Position numbers and translations under genes: made by a program
The notes under the pieces: generated by a model
Database searches by the model: none
What the model was told of the DNA's origin: nothing
Seen by the model: only the letters and a program-made list of their open reading frames with translations
In this document: piece by piece, positions 19,033 through 28,701 of the stretch
How positions within the stretch are numbered: the stretch's first letter is position 1
Layout of the letters: each line of letters opens with the position of its first letter
NCBI GenBank assembly: GCA_046597055.1
Contig: JBKJLC010000274.1
Coordinates: forward strand, 1-39,769
Origin: Kofleriaceae bacterium
GTDB lineage: Bacteria > Myxococcota_A > Polyangia > Haliangiales > Haliangiaceae
Reading direction: 5' to 3'
DNA length: 39,769 nucleotides

Positions 19033-20313
19033 TCAGGGCGTGTCGTGGGCGGCGAAGTAATGCAGGTCGCTCAGGACGTAGCCGTAGTTGACCGGCAAGC
19101 CGTCCCATTCGCACTGACCGGTCTGCGGCGTGATGCCCAGATCGCGATTGAGCTCGCGCAGGTACTCCCAGGACAGGAGGGCAAGCGGCGGTCGGGGCGG
19201 GGTGGCGTGGACCACCACGCCGTGGTGATTGGAGAAGACCGGCACGCCCCCCCGCAGCTCGACGCGATAGCCGTGCTCGTGGACGAAGCGGTGGTGACGA
19301 CTGCACATGATCACGAGGTTGTCGAGCGCGGTCTCGCCGCCATCGGCCCAGTGCTGGATGTGGTGTCCATCGAGGAACCGGCGATCGGTGCAGCCCGGGA
19401 ACCGGCAGGTCTGGTCGCGGACGAGGAGCGCGCGCTTGATCGGCGCCGGGATCGTACGCGTCTTGCGACCGACCGACAGCGGCTGGCCGGTGTCGTCGGC
19501 GACGACCTCGACCACACCGGCATCGCAGCACAGCCGGCGGGCCCCTTCCGCGGAAACGTACCCGCCGTCGGCCAGGCAGCCCAGCCGGTCGGCCGGGTTC
19601 TCGGTGGGCACCGCGTCGGAGGCGAGCGCGTCGCGCGTCACCGTCAGGATCACCTCCACCGGCGTCCGCTCGGAACGCTCGCCGCGGACCACCGCCTGCC
19701 CCATCGCGACCAGCCCATCGGCGCGGTCGAACCGGACGGTCGCGCCGGTCGCCCCCGGCGCTTCCGCGGAAGCGTCCCGGGCGCAGCGCTCGATCGCCGC
19801 CCACAGCACCGCTGCCTCGTCGGGATGCAGCACCGCCTCGATCCGCACCATGCCGTCGGACAGATCGCGGCGGGCGACGTGGCGGCGCGAGCGGTCGCCA
19901 TCGGGGCCCTGGTTCGCCAGGCGTCGCACCGTCCCGTACTGACGGCAGATCGTCTCCAGCTGCGCCGCGGTGGTCTTGCGCGCGAACAGCAGCAGACAGT
20001 CCTCGGTGGCCGGCGTGGCCACGCGGGTGATCGCACGAACCTTGGAGTACGACAGCGCGCCCCGCTCCAGCTCGGCGCCCACCTTCGCGAGCTCGCCCAG
20101 CCGCCGCGCGACGCGCACGTGCTCCCGGGCGGTGGTGAGATCCCAGCCGACCCGCCACGACAGCCAGTGCGCGCACGAACGGGCCCCGGCCTGGTACCAG
20201 CCGCCGGCGGCATCGAACGCCCGCAGATCGGTCAGCAGCCGGAACATGGCCGCGTCGATGTGTGCTGCCTGCTCCGCAATCCGATCCCCCAGAGCCATCA
20301 TCTCGGCGAGCAT
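19033..20313 (-). CDS. DUF222 + HNH endonuclease domain protein
   Basis: N-terminal IAEQAAHIDAA...FDAAGGW...SCAHWLSWRVG..TAREHVRVARRL, ARRLCCDA, LSVGRKTRTIP, and HNH RDQTCRFPGC...HHIQHWADGGET.LDNL..CSRHHRFVHE. Confidence 0.93.
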   Translation of the reverse strand: MLAEMMALGDRIAEQAAHIDAAMFRLLTDLRAFDAAGGWYQAGARSCAHWLSWRVGWDLTTAREHVRVARRLGELAKVGAELERGALSYSKVRAITRVATPATEDCLLLFARKTTAAQLETICRQYGTVRRLANQGPDGDRSRRHVARRDLSDGMVRIEAVLHPDEAAVLWAAIERCARDASAEAPGATGATVRFDRADGLVAMGQAVVRGERSERTPVEVILTVTRDALASDAVPTENPADRLGCLADGGYVSAEGARRLCCDAGVVEVVADDTGQPLSVGRKTRTIPAPIKRALLVRDQTCRFPGCTDRRFLDGHHIQHWADGGETALDNLVIMCSRHHRFVHEHGYRVELRGGVPVFSNHHGVVVHATPPRPPLALLSWEYLRELNRDLGITPQTGQCEWDGLPVNYGYVLSDLHYFAAHDTP

Positions 20314-20317
20314 TCAC

Positions 20318-20353
20318 AGTGACTAGCACGTCAGTCTGACAGCGGGAGTCACT
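20318..20353 (-). promoter_or_regulatory. Putative promoter/operator of the DUF222-HNH gene (TGTCAG-N10-TAGTCA inside an inverted repeat)
   Basis: The minus strand reads TGTCAG-actgacgtgc-TAGTCA-ctgtga-ATG. Inverted repeat AGTGACT (20318-24) / AGTCACT (20347-53) with an inner GTCAG/CTGAC pair. Confidence 0.4.
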
Positions 20354-20495
20354 CTGTTATGCTGGCGGCGTGCAAGCCAGACCATCTCCGTCGGCCCCTC
20401 GAAGCGCACCGCCGATGCCCGCTCACGGCACCACGAAGTCCTTGCACAGCTCGCCTTCCGCTCGGCTCCTGGAACGACCACACCTGCCATGCCAA

Positions 20496-20834
20496 TCAGC
20501 TCGCCACCGGCGACTGCCCGGCGCGCAGCAGGATCGGGCCCATCCACGCCTGCAGCTTCACGCGCTCCTCGCCCGCCTCGGCCGACATCCCCGTCTCGAT
20601 CGACTCCGTGAGCTGGATGTACGTCAATTCGCCGACCGCCTCGATCTTCGCCGGCTGCACCTCCGACCGGATCCGCTCGATGCCGCCGATCGTGGCAACA
20701 TGGGCCGCGTTCAAGTACGTGCCCCACCGCGGATGGCGCGCGCAGGTCCGGCCGAGCTTCGTGTCCCGCTTGCGGAGCAGCTCGATCTGAGACTCGAAGT
20801 CACACGGCAGCGCGTCGAGAGGTATGTGCTCGAG
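20496..20834 (-). pseudogene. Gene fragment, possible immunity-like protein C-terminus
   Basis: Protein-like frame LDALPCDFESQIELLRKRDTKLGRTCARHPRWGTYLNAAHVATIGGIERIRSEVQPAKIEAVGELTYIQLTESIE...LQAWMGPILL, closed upstream by an in-frame stop with no good start. Confidence 0.4.
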
Positions 20835-21033
20835 TCACCGGGGACGTCGCGCAGCTCGCTCGCGATGTGCGAGAGCAACCGCTCGATCTCGCTCTTCAGC
20901 GAGTTGCGCTTGCTCTCGTCCGCAGATCCGAGACGACGGCCCACCGGGTTCGCACGGATGGGTCCGCTTGCGCTCCCCCGCGCCGCTCGGACACCCGCCG
21001 CAGACGCCGTCGCGATACCGTCCGCCGGTGACC

Positions 21034-22645
21034 ATGGGACTGGGTCGGAGGTCCGAGCGCACCTGGTGCGCGCGCTCGAGGCCGAGCTGGTCGGGCCGTA
21101 CACGGATCGCGAAGAGCTCGACCGGGCGCCGTCGCGGACGTACCTGACCGGGTTCCTGGTGCCGCGCGAGGACCGGCGGGCCGATCCGCTGACCGATCCG
21201 GACGACGATACCGAGGCCGAGGAGGCCGAAGCTGACGGCGACGAGGAGACCGGCGGGGGCGAGGGCGAGCGGCCAGCCGGGGAGGCGTCGCGGCGGCCGC
21301 AGGTGCTGCCCGCCTCGCTCGGGCTGTCGGTGCTGCTGCCGCCGGGGCCCGCGACCGACACGGTCACCGTGACGCTGCGCTGCGCCGAGTACCTGCCGTT
21401 CCACTCCGAGGGCGTGAAGAAGACGCGGCGCCCGAGCTGGCGGCGGGTGCCGCATCCACCGTATCCGGTGGTGCTGCCGCTCGACGTGGCGGCGCTGGCC
21501 CGCGGCGTGGCGATCGCCGAGCTGGCGGGCGTGACGATCGAGGGCAAGCTGGGCGAGTCGTCGACGCCGCGGCCGGGGACGCGGGCGCTGAGCGTGTTCG
21601 TGGTCAACCGGCGCCCCGCCGGCGAGCGCGGGCGGCGGGACGAGACGATGCTGTTCCAGGTGTCGCTCGAGGTCGCGTACGCGGGCGGCTTCACGGCCCG
21701 TCCGGCGCTGCGCCGCGGCGGTGATCTCGACGACCTGGTCGCCGCGCTCCAGTACCGTCACGTGTGCGAGTACGCGGTCGGGCACGGGGTCGCGGTGGAG
21801 GCGCCGACCCGGACCGGCGGCACGCGGCGCGCACCGTGAGCCAGATCGTCGAGCTGACCAGCCGCGAGTCGACCGCCAAGATCAAGGACGCCAAGGGCCG
21901 GCTGGGGCGGCCGTTCACCGACGAGCGCCGGGTCGATATCGTGCTGGCGTCGAACATGATCTCGGTCGGGGTCGACATCGACCGGCTGGGGCTGATGGTG
22001 GTGGCCGGCCAGCCCACCACCTCGGCCGAGTACATCCAGGCGTCGAGCCGGGTCGGCCGCGACCACCAGCGCCCGGGCCTGGTGGTCACCTGCTTCAACG
22101 TGCGGCGGGTGCGCGACCGCTCGTTCTTCGAGCGCTTCGCCGCCTACCACCAGAGTTTTTACGGCTGGGTCGAGGCCACCAGCGTCACGCCGTTCTCGCA
22201 GCCGGCGCTCGATCGCGCGCTGGCCGGCGTGCTGATGGCGATGGTGCGCCACGGCCACGCCGCGCTGGCGCCGGCCCGCGGCGCGATGGCGGTGCCGGCC
22301 CACCCCGAGGTCGTCGACCGCGCGATCGCGGCGCTCACCGCGCGGGCGTCGATGCAGCAAGACGCGGACGCCGGGGGCCTCGCCGAGATCGTCCGTGCCC
22401 GCGCCCGCGCCCTCGCCGATGCGTGGAACAGCAAGGTCGCCGAGGAGCGGCTCCGCAACATCGAGCGTGGCTACTCGCCGTTCGATCTCGACAAGAAGGG
22501 GCTCGCCCAGCCGATGCTGCTGGCCCCCGGCGAGCGGGCGATCGACGACGTGCAGCAGAAGTTCGCGGCGCCGACGTCGATGCGCGACACCGAGCCGACG
22601 GTGCACCTGTGGTTGCGCCACGCGCTGGGGAGGAAGCCGGTATGA
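21034..22645 (+). pseudogene. drmA: DISARM helicase DrmA with a large internal out-of-frame deletion
   Basis: The N-terminal part (EVRAHLVRALEAELVGP...PSRTYLTGFLVP...PASLGLSV...LSVFVVNR...FQVSL...LQYR...EYAVGHGVA) stops at 21839. At about 21825 another frame gives the C-terminal part (ELTSR...DIVLASNMISVGVDIDRLGLMVVAGQPTTSAEYIQASSRVGR...RDRS...VEATSVTPFS...APTSMRDTE). No Walker A/B is present. The ATG at 21034 is 1 nt out of frame; ATG 20958 is an alternative start. Confidence 0.88.
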
Positions 22646-24483
22646 AGCGACGTCGCTGGCGGAAGTCCAAGGAGGTGACCCCGGTCGGCGAGGCGCGGCG
22701 CAGCCAGCTGCTGACCACCTACGGGGCCGGGTCGATGATCGACCTGGTCGACCGCTCGATCCTGGTGGCCGGGCTCGACTTCTGGAACTACCCCGGCGAT
22801 CGGCCGGTGATCCAGGAGCCGCGGCTGTCGGCCCGGCTGGTGATGAAGTTCCGCCAGGCCGGTCGCACGCTCAGCTCGAGCGCGACCTTCTCGCCACCGC
22901 CGGAGTGCGACGACCGTGAGCCCTCGGAGCGCGCGGGCCTGCAGGTCGTGGAGTTTCCGAAGTGGATGGTGTGCCAGGCGTGTCGCAAGCTGGTCCAGGC
23001 CAGCAGCAGCCTCAAGCTCGAGGATGGGCGCTATCGCCACGCCTGCGGCTCGAAGGTGGACGTGCTGGTGCCGGTGCGCTTCGTGGTGATGTGCGGCAAC
23101 GGCCACCTCGAGGAGTTCCCGTGGTCGGCGTTCGTCCACGACGGCAGCGCGTGTACCAGCACCGCCCTGACCATGACCGAGGACGCCGGCGCCGAGCTGT
23201 TCGACGTGCGGGTGACCTGCCTGGCCTGCGAGCAGAGCCGCACGATGGAGAAGGCAGAGCCGTTCGTGAAGACCGCGCCGTGCCGGGGCTCGCGGCCGTG
23301 GCTGGGCCGCGCCAGCGACGTGTCCGAGCCGTGCGACTTGCCGGTGTCGATGAAGGTCCGCACGTCGAGCAGCACCTACTTCGGGGTCGCGGCCAGCGCG
23401 CTGTCGATCCCGAACGCGGCCGACCGGCTCGAGGAGCTGGTGCGCAAGCACCTGCCGACCTTGAACGAGGCCAGCCGCGACGACCTCGCCAGCCTCCTCC
23501 GGCTGGTCCCGCCGGTGAAGGCTGATCTCGGCGGCTACTCGCTCGACCAGGTCTGGGGCGTGCTCGACGCCGTGCGCCGCGGGGAGGCAGCGCCGACCCA
23601 GCCGCTGCGCGAGACCGAGTACGCGTTCGTGCAGGGCGTGCCCGAGGAGCGGCCCGGCGATGCGCCGACCGACGACGAGCGGGCGGCCTCGTTCTTCGCG
23701 CGGCGGCTCAAGCCCAGGCATCCGCTGCCGGCCGGGATCGAGCGGGTCGTCCTGGTGCGGCAGCTGCGCGAGGTCTTCGCCCAGGTCGGCTTCTCGCGGC
23801 TCGCGCCGATCGACGCGGACATGGATGGCGACGTCGAGGTCGACATCGCGCACCTCGGCCACATGACCGACTGGCTGCCGGCGATCGAGAACCGCGGCGA
23901 GGGCGTGTGGATCCAGCTCGACGAGGCCCGGCTGGTCGCGTGGGAGCAGCACGCGGTCGTGCAGCGGCGCGCGGAGGCGCTGCGGACCGGCTGGAACCGG
24001 GAGTTCGGCGGCCGCAAGGGTCCGACGTTCTTCGGACCGCGCTATTACCTGCTGCACTCGCTGTCGCACCTGCTGATCCAGGCGATCGCGCTCGAGTGGG
24101 GCTACGGCGCCAGCTCGCTTCGCGAGCGCATCTACTGCTCGCCGCCCGGGTCCAGCAAGCCGATGGCGGCGATCCTGCTGGTCACGACCACGCCCGGCAG
24201 CGAGGGCACGCTCGGCGGCCTGGTGGCCCAGGGCCGGCGGGTCGACGCCCACGTCGAGCGGGCGCTGAGCCTGGCCCGGCTGTGCTCGAACGACCCGGTC
24301 TGCGCCGGGCACGCGCCGAACGACGAGCCCGGCGACCACCACCTCGAGGGCGCCGCCTGTCATGGCTGCCTCTACCTGGCCGAGGTCAGCTGCGAGCGCA
24401 TGAACCGGATGCTCGACCGTGCGCTGGTGGTGCCGATCATCGACCAGCCCGCCGAGCTGGCGTTCTTCGGTGACCCAGCGTGA
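22642..24483 (+). CDS. drmB: DISARM DUF1998-domain protein DrmB (613 aa)
   Basis: RRSQLLTTYGAGSMIDL, FP.W.VC..C, PVRFVVMCGNGHLEEFPW, WLPAIENRGEG, LLHSLSHLLI, GYGASSLRERIY, EGTLGGLV, CSNDPVC...GAACHGC...SCE..NRMLDR. The ATG overlaps the drmA stop. Confidence 0.93.
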   Translation: MKRRRWRKSKEVTPVGEARRSQLLTTYGAGSMIDLVDRSILVAGLDFWNYPGDRPVIQEPRLSARLVMKFRQAGRTLSSSATFSPPPECDDREPSERAGLQVVEFPKWMVCQACRKLVQASSSLKLEDGRYRHACGSKVDVLVPVRFVVMCGNGHLEEFPWSAFVHDGSACTSTALTMTEDAGAELFDVRVTCLACEQSRTMEKAEPFVKTAPCRGSRPWLGRASDVSEPCDLPVSMKVRTSSSTYFGVAASALSIPNAADRLEELVRKHLPTLNEASRDDLASLLRLVPPVKADLGGYSLDQVWGVLDAVRRGEAAPTQPLRETEYAFVQGVPEERPGDAPTDDERAASFFARRLKPRHPLPAGIERVVLVRQLREVFAQVGFSRLAPIDADMDGDVEVDIAHLGHMTDWLPAIENRGEGVWIQLDEARLVAWEQHAVVQRRAEALRTGWNREFGGRKGPTFFGPRYYLLHSLSHLLIQAIALEWGYGASSLRERIYCSPPGSSKPMAAILLVTTTPGSEGTLGGLVAQGRRVDAHVERALSLARLCSNDPVCAGHAPNDEPGDHHLEGAACHGCLYLAEVSCERMNRMLDRALVVPIIDQPAELAFFGDPA

Positions 24484-25220
24484 ACCGCCGCGGCGTCTGG
24501 GAGCTGTCCACGCCGCGCCTCGAACAGCTGCTGGCCGCGCTCGCCCGGCGGGGCGGCGCGCCGGTGACCGCCATCGGGCTGCAGCAGGACGGCTTCGAAC
24601 TCGACACCTGCGGCGCCCTCGCCTCGCTGCCGGGCCCCGCCGCCGGCCTGATCGTGGAGTCGGTGCTGGCCGAGCGCACCGCCCGGCCGCGGCCGGAGCT
24701 CGAGCTGGTCTGGACCGGCCGCGAGGGTGACCACACCCTGTCGCGCGACACCAGCCAGGTGCTGCCGGCGCTGTTCGGCCGCGCCCAGCGCCGGGTGATC
24801 GTCGCCGGGTTTGCCTTCTACGAGGCCAGCGCCATCTTCGCGCCGCTCCATGCCCGCGCGCTCGCGGCCGGCGTCGAGGTCGAGTTCTTCATCCATGTCG
24901 ACGGCACCGGCCAGGACGCCCGCATGTCGCCGGCGAACTTCTTCACCTACTCGTGGCCGTGGCGCGACGTCGTGCCGCGGCTCTACTACGACGCCCGCGC
25001 CGATGGCGCCGACCCCTCGGCGACCATGCACGCCAAGTGCATCGTGGTCGACGATCGCGAAGTGCTCATCACCTCCGCCAACTTCACCGGTCGGGGCCAG
25101 CGCGACAACGTCGAGCTCGGCGTCCTGATCCGCGATGCCGACTTTGCCGCGCGCGTGAGCGGCCAGTGGTACGCCCTGGTCACGGGTGGGCTGTTCGCTT
25201 GCCACCGACCCGTTGGATAG
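24480..25220 (+). CDS. drmC: DISARM phospholipase D-family nuclease DrmC
   Basis: ELVWTG..., single HKD motif MHAKCIVVD...ITSANFT...NVELG. The GTG overlaps the drmB stop. Confidence 0.9.
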   Translation: MNRRGVWELSTPRLEQLLAALARRGGAPVTAIGLQQDGFELDTCGALASLPGPAAGLIVESVLAERTARPRPELELVWTGREGDHTLSRDTSQVLPALFGRAQRRVIVAGFAFYEASAIFAPLHARALAAGVEVEFFIHVDGTGQDARMSPANFFTYSWPWRDVVPRLYYDARADGADPSATMHAKCIVVDDREVLITSANFTGRGQRDNVELGVLIRDADFAARVSGQWYALVTGGLFACHRPVG

Positions 25221-25292
25221 CGACGGGCCGGCCGCCCCTCGCGACCCTGGACAGCCCGTCGCCCCTGCGGCTCGCGCCCGGGGCGCAGGGGC
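25220..25292. terminator. Twin GC-rich hairpins between convergent genes (possible bidirectional terminator)
   Basis: GCGACGGGC (25220-28) / GCCCGTCGC (25254-62) and GCCCCTGCG (25261-69) / CGCAGGGGC (25284-92). No U-tract. Confidence 0.45.
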
Positions 25293-25331
25293 GCCCTCAG
25301 CCGCTCGTCGCCGCGGCGGCGAGTGACTCGA

Positions 25332-27014
25332 TCAGTTCGCCCACTGCGCGGTCAGCTCGAAGCCGTACTTGGTGACCGAGACGTCGGTCGCCAGGCGCAG
25401 CCAGAACTCGCGGCCGACCAGCTCGTCGGTCAGCGCCGGGCCGGTGGTGCCCGTGTAGCGCCTGGTGACGACCCACGCGCCCGCCGCGTTCCGGCTGTGG
25501 ATCTCGAGGAAGTCGAAGCCGCTCTCGAGCTCGAAGCGCGCACCCGCCACGACCAGCCGCAGCCGGGTCGCACCGGCGGGGGCGTCGAGCTTCCTCCAGA
25601 CCGAGGCCTGGTTGGCATACGGGTGGGCCGAGGCGAAGCGCCAGCCGGTGACCGCGCTCCACGCCGGGCCGGTGACCCAGGTGCACAGGTTCTGCGCGCA
25701 GCCCCAGGTGCCCGGGACCGCGATGTGCGGCAGCCCGGCGCAGTCGGCCGGCGCGTCGCAGTAGCTCTGGGCGACGCACGTGCCCGCCGCGTCGGGGAAC
25801 GGCGCGGTCCAGCCGCTGGTGCCGAAGCGGCACTTGAAGTCCGCGGCGCAGGCGGCGCCGGTCAGGCCACCGCACAGGTCACCGGCGATGCCGCACTCGC
25901 CCGCGTGCCGGGTGGCGACGTTGGCGCAGCCCGCCGTGCAGGGGTTGCCGTAGGTGCGGCCGTCGACGCCGCACACCGGGTTGTACTCGCGGGTGCAGAC
26001 GCAGCCCTGGCTCTCGGGGACGCACTGGCCGGCGTCGCATGTGTAGCCGGTGCCGCAGGTGAGCGCGCCACCGGTGCCACACACGAACAGGTCCTCGATG
26101 CGCGAGATCAGCTCGGCATCGGCGGTCGGGAACGTGCCCTGGGCGCGGGTGAACTTGCGGGTGATCGCGCCGACCTTGACCAGCAGGGTCTCGTTCCAGT
26201 TCGACGACTCGCTGATGTCCGAGCGCTCGAGGAGCCGCGCGTCGATGACGGCGCGGACCACGGTCTGGACCCGGGTGTGATCGATCGAGCCGATCGCGGC
26301 CACCACGGCGGGCTCGCCCGGGCGGTAGGTCACGTTGTAGGCGGTGTCGCCGACCGAGCGGTGGCCGCTGACCGTGCCGGTAAATCCGCCGCCGATCACG
26401 TGCTCGAGGGTGATGTCGTCCTCGGCGCGGCAGGTCGGCTGGCTCGGGCACGCGCAGACGCCGCGGCTCGGGTTGATGTCGAGCTGGTTGGTGGCGCACA
26501 CGCCGATCGCGATCGCTGGGCACATCACGCCCGACTCGACCTCGACCGAGTCGATGCGGAAGCCGTCGCGGGTGACGCTGAAGTCGGTCACCAGCTGGAT
26601 GGTCAGGCGCTTGGTCGCGTCGAGGTCGACCCAGCTCGACCAGACGTTGGTGTGGTCGCCGTCGAAGGACTGGATGCGGCCGGCGGGCCCGTCGAGATGG
26701 ACGTAGTCGTAGCCGGCCTCGGTGCGGATCGACGCGAAGTGGACCCGGGCCCGACGCGCGCACGACGGCACCAGGCCCTCGAGGGCGATCGGGTACGCGC
26801 GGGTCAGGTTGTTGGTGTACGGGTGGGCGGACTCGAGCGAAAAGGCGACGACCAGCGCGCCACCGTCGGACTTGCTCTCGGCCGGCGCCGCCGAGGTCTC
26901 GCCCGGGGGCGGCTCGTCCGCGAGCACGCCCTTGTCGGGCTCCATCTTGTCGACGCAAGCCGTGCCAGCTACCCCGGCGACGACCGCGAACATCCACATG
27001 TGGCGAAGCTTCAT
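25332..27014 (-). CDS. Lipoprotein with two CUB-like domains, a Kazal-type inhibitor domain and Cys-rich linkers
   Basis: MKLRHMWMFAVVAGVAGTAC lipobox. Two CUB-like segments (ESAHPYTNN...TEAGYDYV and ASAHPYANQ...ELESGFDFL) and a Kazal motif CVCTREYNPVCGVDGRTYGNPCTAGC...HAGEC. Confidence 0.85.
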   Translation of the reverse strand: MKLRHMWMFAVVAGVAGTACVDKMEPDKGVLADEPPPGETSAAPAESKSDGGALVVAFSLESAHPYTNNLTRAYPIALEGLVPSCARRARVHFASIRTEAGYDYVHLDGPAGRIQSFDGDHTNVWSSWVDLDATKRLTIQLVTDFSVTRDGFRIDSVEVESGVMCPAIAIGVCATNQLDINPSRGVCACPSQPTCRAEDDITLEHVIGGGFTGTVSGHRSVGDTAYNVTYRPGEPAVVAAIGSIDHTRVQTVVRAVIDARLLERSDISESSNWNETLLVKVGAITRKFTRAQGTFPTADAELISRIEDLFVCGTGGALTCGTGYTCDAGQCVPESQGCVCTREYNPVCGVDGRTYGNPCTAGCANVATRHAGECGIAGDLCGGLTGAACAADFKCRFGTSGWTAPFPDAAGTCVAQSYCDAPADCAGLPHIAVPGTWGCAQNLCTWVTGPAWSAVTGWRFASAHPYANQASVWRKLDAPAGATRLRLVVAGARFELESGFDFLEIHSRNAAGAWVVTRRYTGTTGPALTDELVGREFWLRLATDVSVTKYGFELTAQWAN

Positions 27015-27212
27015 CTCGGTCGCCGCCCAAGCAACGTTCATTCCGCAGCGCACACTTCCAACTACCTTGATCGTGGCAAGATGCGGCGGCTACTCGAGTA
27101 GCCAGGCTGAACGTGAAGCCACGTCCGCGCGGCCGGACGCCGCGCCCGCGACGCCAGCGTTGCCGACCTGTCACTGCCGACGACAGTCGGGGCCTGCCGT
27201 CGCGGGTCGGGA

Positions 27213-27563
27213 TCAGCGGCGAACGCGCCCGACCAGGCGGGCGTCGACCAGATCGCCGGGCCGCGCGTCGCAGCGGCCGGTGCACGGATCGACCGAGAAG
27301 CCGTGGCGCGCGCAGACCAGGCGGTCCGCGTCGACATAGCCGTCCGAGAGCCAGCCCCCGTCGTGCGGACACCGATCCTCGACCGCGAAGGCCCGGCCGT
27401 CGGCGAGCACCGCGACCGCCACCAACGCCCCGCGATCGTGGGCCGCCACGACCTGGCCCGGCCGCGCCGTGCGCACCGCATCCTCGACGGTCGGCCGCAC
27501 CCGCCGGGGCACGTCGGGGTCGTGGCCGAGCAGATCGGCGACCAGGGCGGCAGTGGCGATCAC
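27213..27563 (-). CDS. Small Rieske [2Fe-2S] ferredoxin-type protein
   Basis: FAVEDRCPHDGGWLSDG...LVCARHGFSVDPCTG, which is the CxH...CxxH Rieske motif. Confidence 0.85.
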   Translation of the reverse strand: MIATAALVADLLGHDPDVPRRVRPTVEDAVRTARPGQVVAAHDRGALVAVAVLADGRAFAVEDRCPHDGGWLSDGYVDADRLVCARHGFSVDPCTGRCDARPGDLVDARLVGRVRR

Positions 27564-27726
27564 GACGCCACCCTACGGCCCCCCCCTGACGTCGCCACAG
27601 CGCGGAGATCACTCCCCACGGTCCAACGTCGCCGGCGCGTCGCCATGGCTGCCCGCGCTGGCGTCCGTGTCCAAGGGGTCAGGATTCTTGCGTTGTTGCC
27701 TGGGGCAGGCTAGCGTCCTTCCGACG

Positions 27727-28701
27727 GTGGCGTGCGTCCTCGTGCATATCGAGGTCGAGGGTGCCGAGCCCACGGACCATGCGCTCGCCGTCCTTGGCGA
27801 GGGTCGGAGGATCGCGTCGAGCCTCGGCGCGGCGCTGTACGCCGCGGTGGTGATCGCGCCCGGGGCCGACACCCCACCCGAGGCGCTGGTCGCCCTGCTC
27901 GGCCAGAACGGCGCCGACCGGATCGTCCTCGTCACGGCCGCGCGTCCGGAGCCGACCCTGTGGTCGACCATCGGTCCGGCCCTGGTCAGCGTGTGCGACC
28001 ACGTCCATCCCAACCTGGTCCTGCTGGCCGCGTCCGCCGGCGGCCGCGACATCGCCCCGCGCCTGGCCGCCCGGCTCGGGGGCGCCTACCTGGCCGAGCC
28101 CGCGGTCGAGACCGGTCCGCGCGGCGAGATCGTCCTGTCGCGACCGGTCTATGGCGGTGACCTGTGGCGACGCACCAACCTCGACGATCTCGACGTGGTC
28201 GCGGTCGCGACCCTCGACGACCGTCGGCCCCGGGCCCGGGGCGGCGACGACGCCGAGGTGGTCCAGCTCGACGCCGCGGTCGCGTCCGACCCGCGGGTCG
28301 AGATCCTGACGTCGACGCCCGATGACGGCACCGCCCTCGAGCGCGCGCGCATCGTGGTGACCGCCGGCGCCGGGGTCGCGCCCGACGCGATGGCGCTGGT
28401 CGAGCGGCTGGCCCGCGTGCTCGGCGCCGAGCTCGGCGGCACCCGGTCGGCATGCACCCGCGGCCACATCTCGCCGACCCGCGAGGTCGGGGTCGGCGCC
28501 CGGCGGATCGCCCCCGACCTCTACATCGTGTGTGGCGCCTCGGGCTCGATCGGCCACCTGGGCGCGGTCTCGCCCGACGCCGAAATCGTCGCGATCGATC
28601 TGGATCCCCAGGCGCCGATCTTCAAGATCGCGCGCTGGGGCCTGATCGGTCGGATCGAGGACATCGTGCCCGGCCTGCTCGCCGCACTGGAGGCCCGATG
28701 A
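27727..28701 (+). CDS. etfA: Electron transfer flavoprotein alpha subunit (EtfA/FixB family, divergent)
   Basis: GADRIVLV, GRDIAPRLAARL, LERARIVVTAGAG, LGGTRSA, PDLYIVCGASG...IVAIDLDPQAPIFKIARWGLIG. The GTG start at 27727 is inferred. Confidence 0.85.
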   Translation: MACVLVHIEVEGAEPTDHALAVLGEGRRIASSLGAALYAAVVIAPGADTPPEALVALLGQNGADRIVLVTAARPEPTLWSTIGPALVSVCDHVHPNLVLLAASAGGRDIAPRLAARLGGAYLAEPAVETGPRGEIVLSRPVYGGDLWRRTNLDDLDVVAVATLDDRRPRARGGDDAEVVQLDAAVASDPRVEILTSTPDDGTALERARIVVTAGAGVAPDAMALVERLARVLGAELGGTRSACTRGHISPTREVGVGARRIAPDLYIVCGASGSIGHLGAVSPDAEIVAIDLDPQAPIFKIARWGLIGRIEDIVPGLLAALEAR

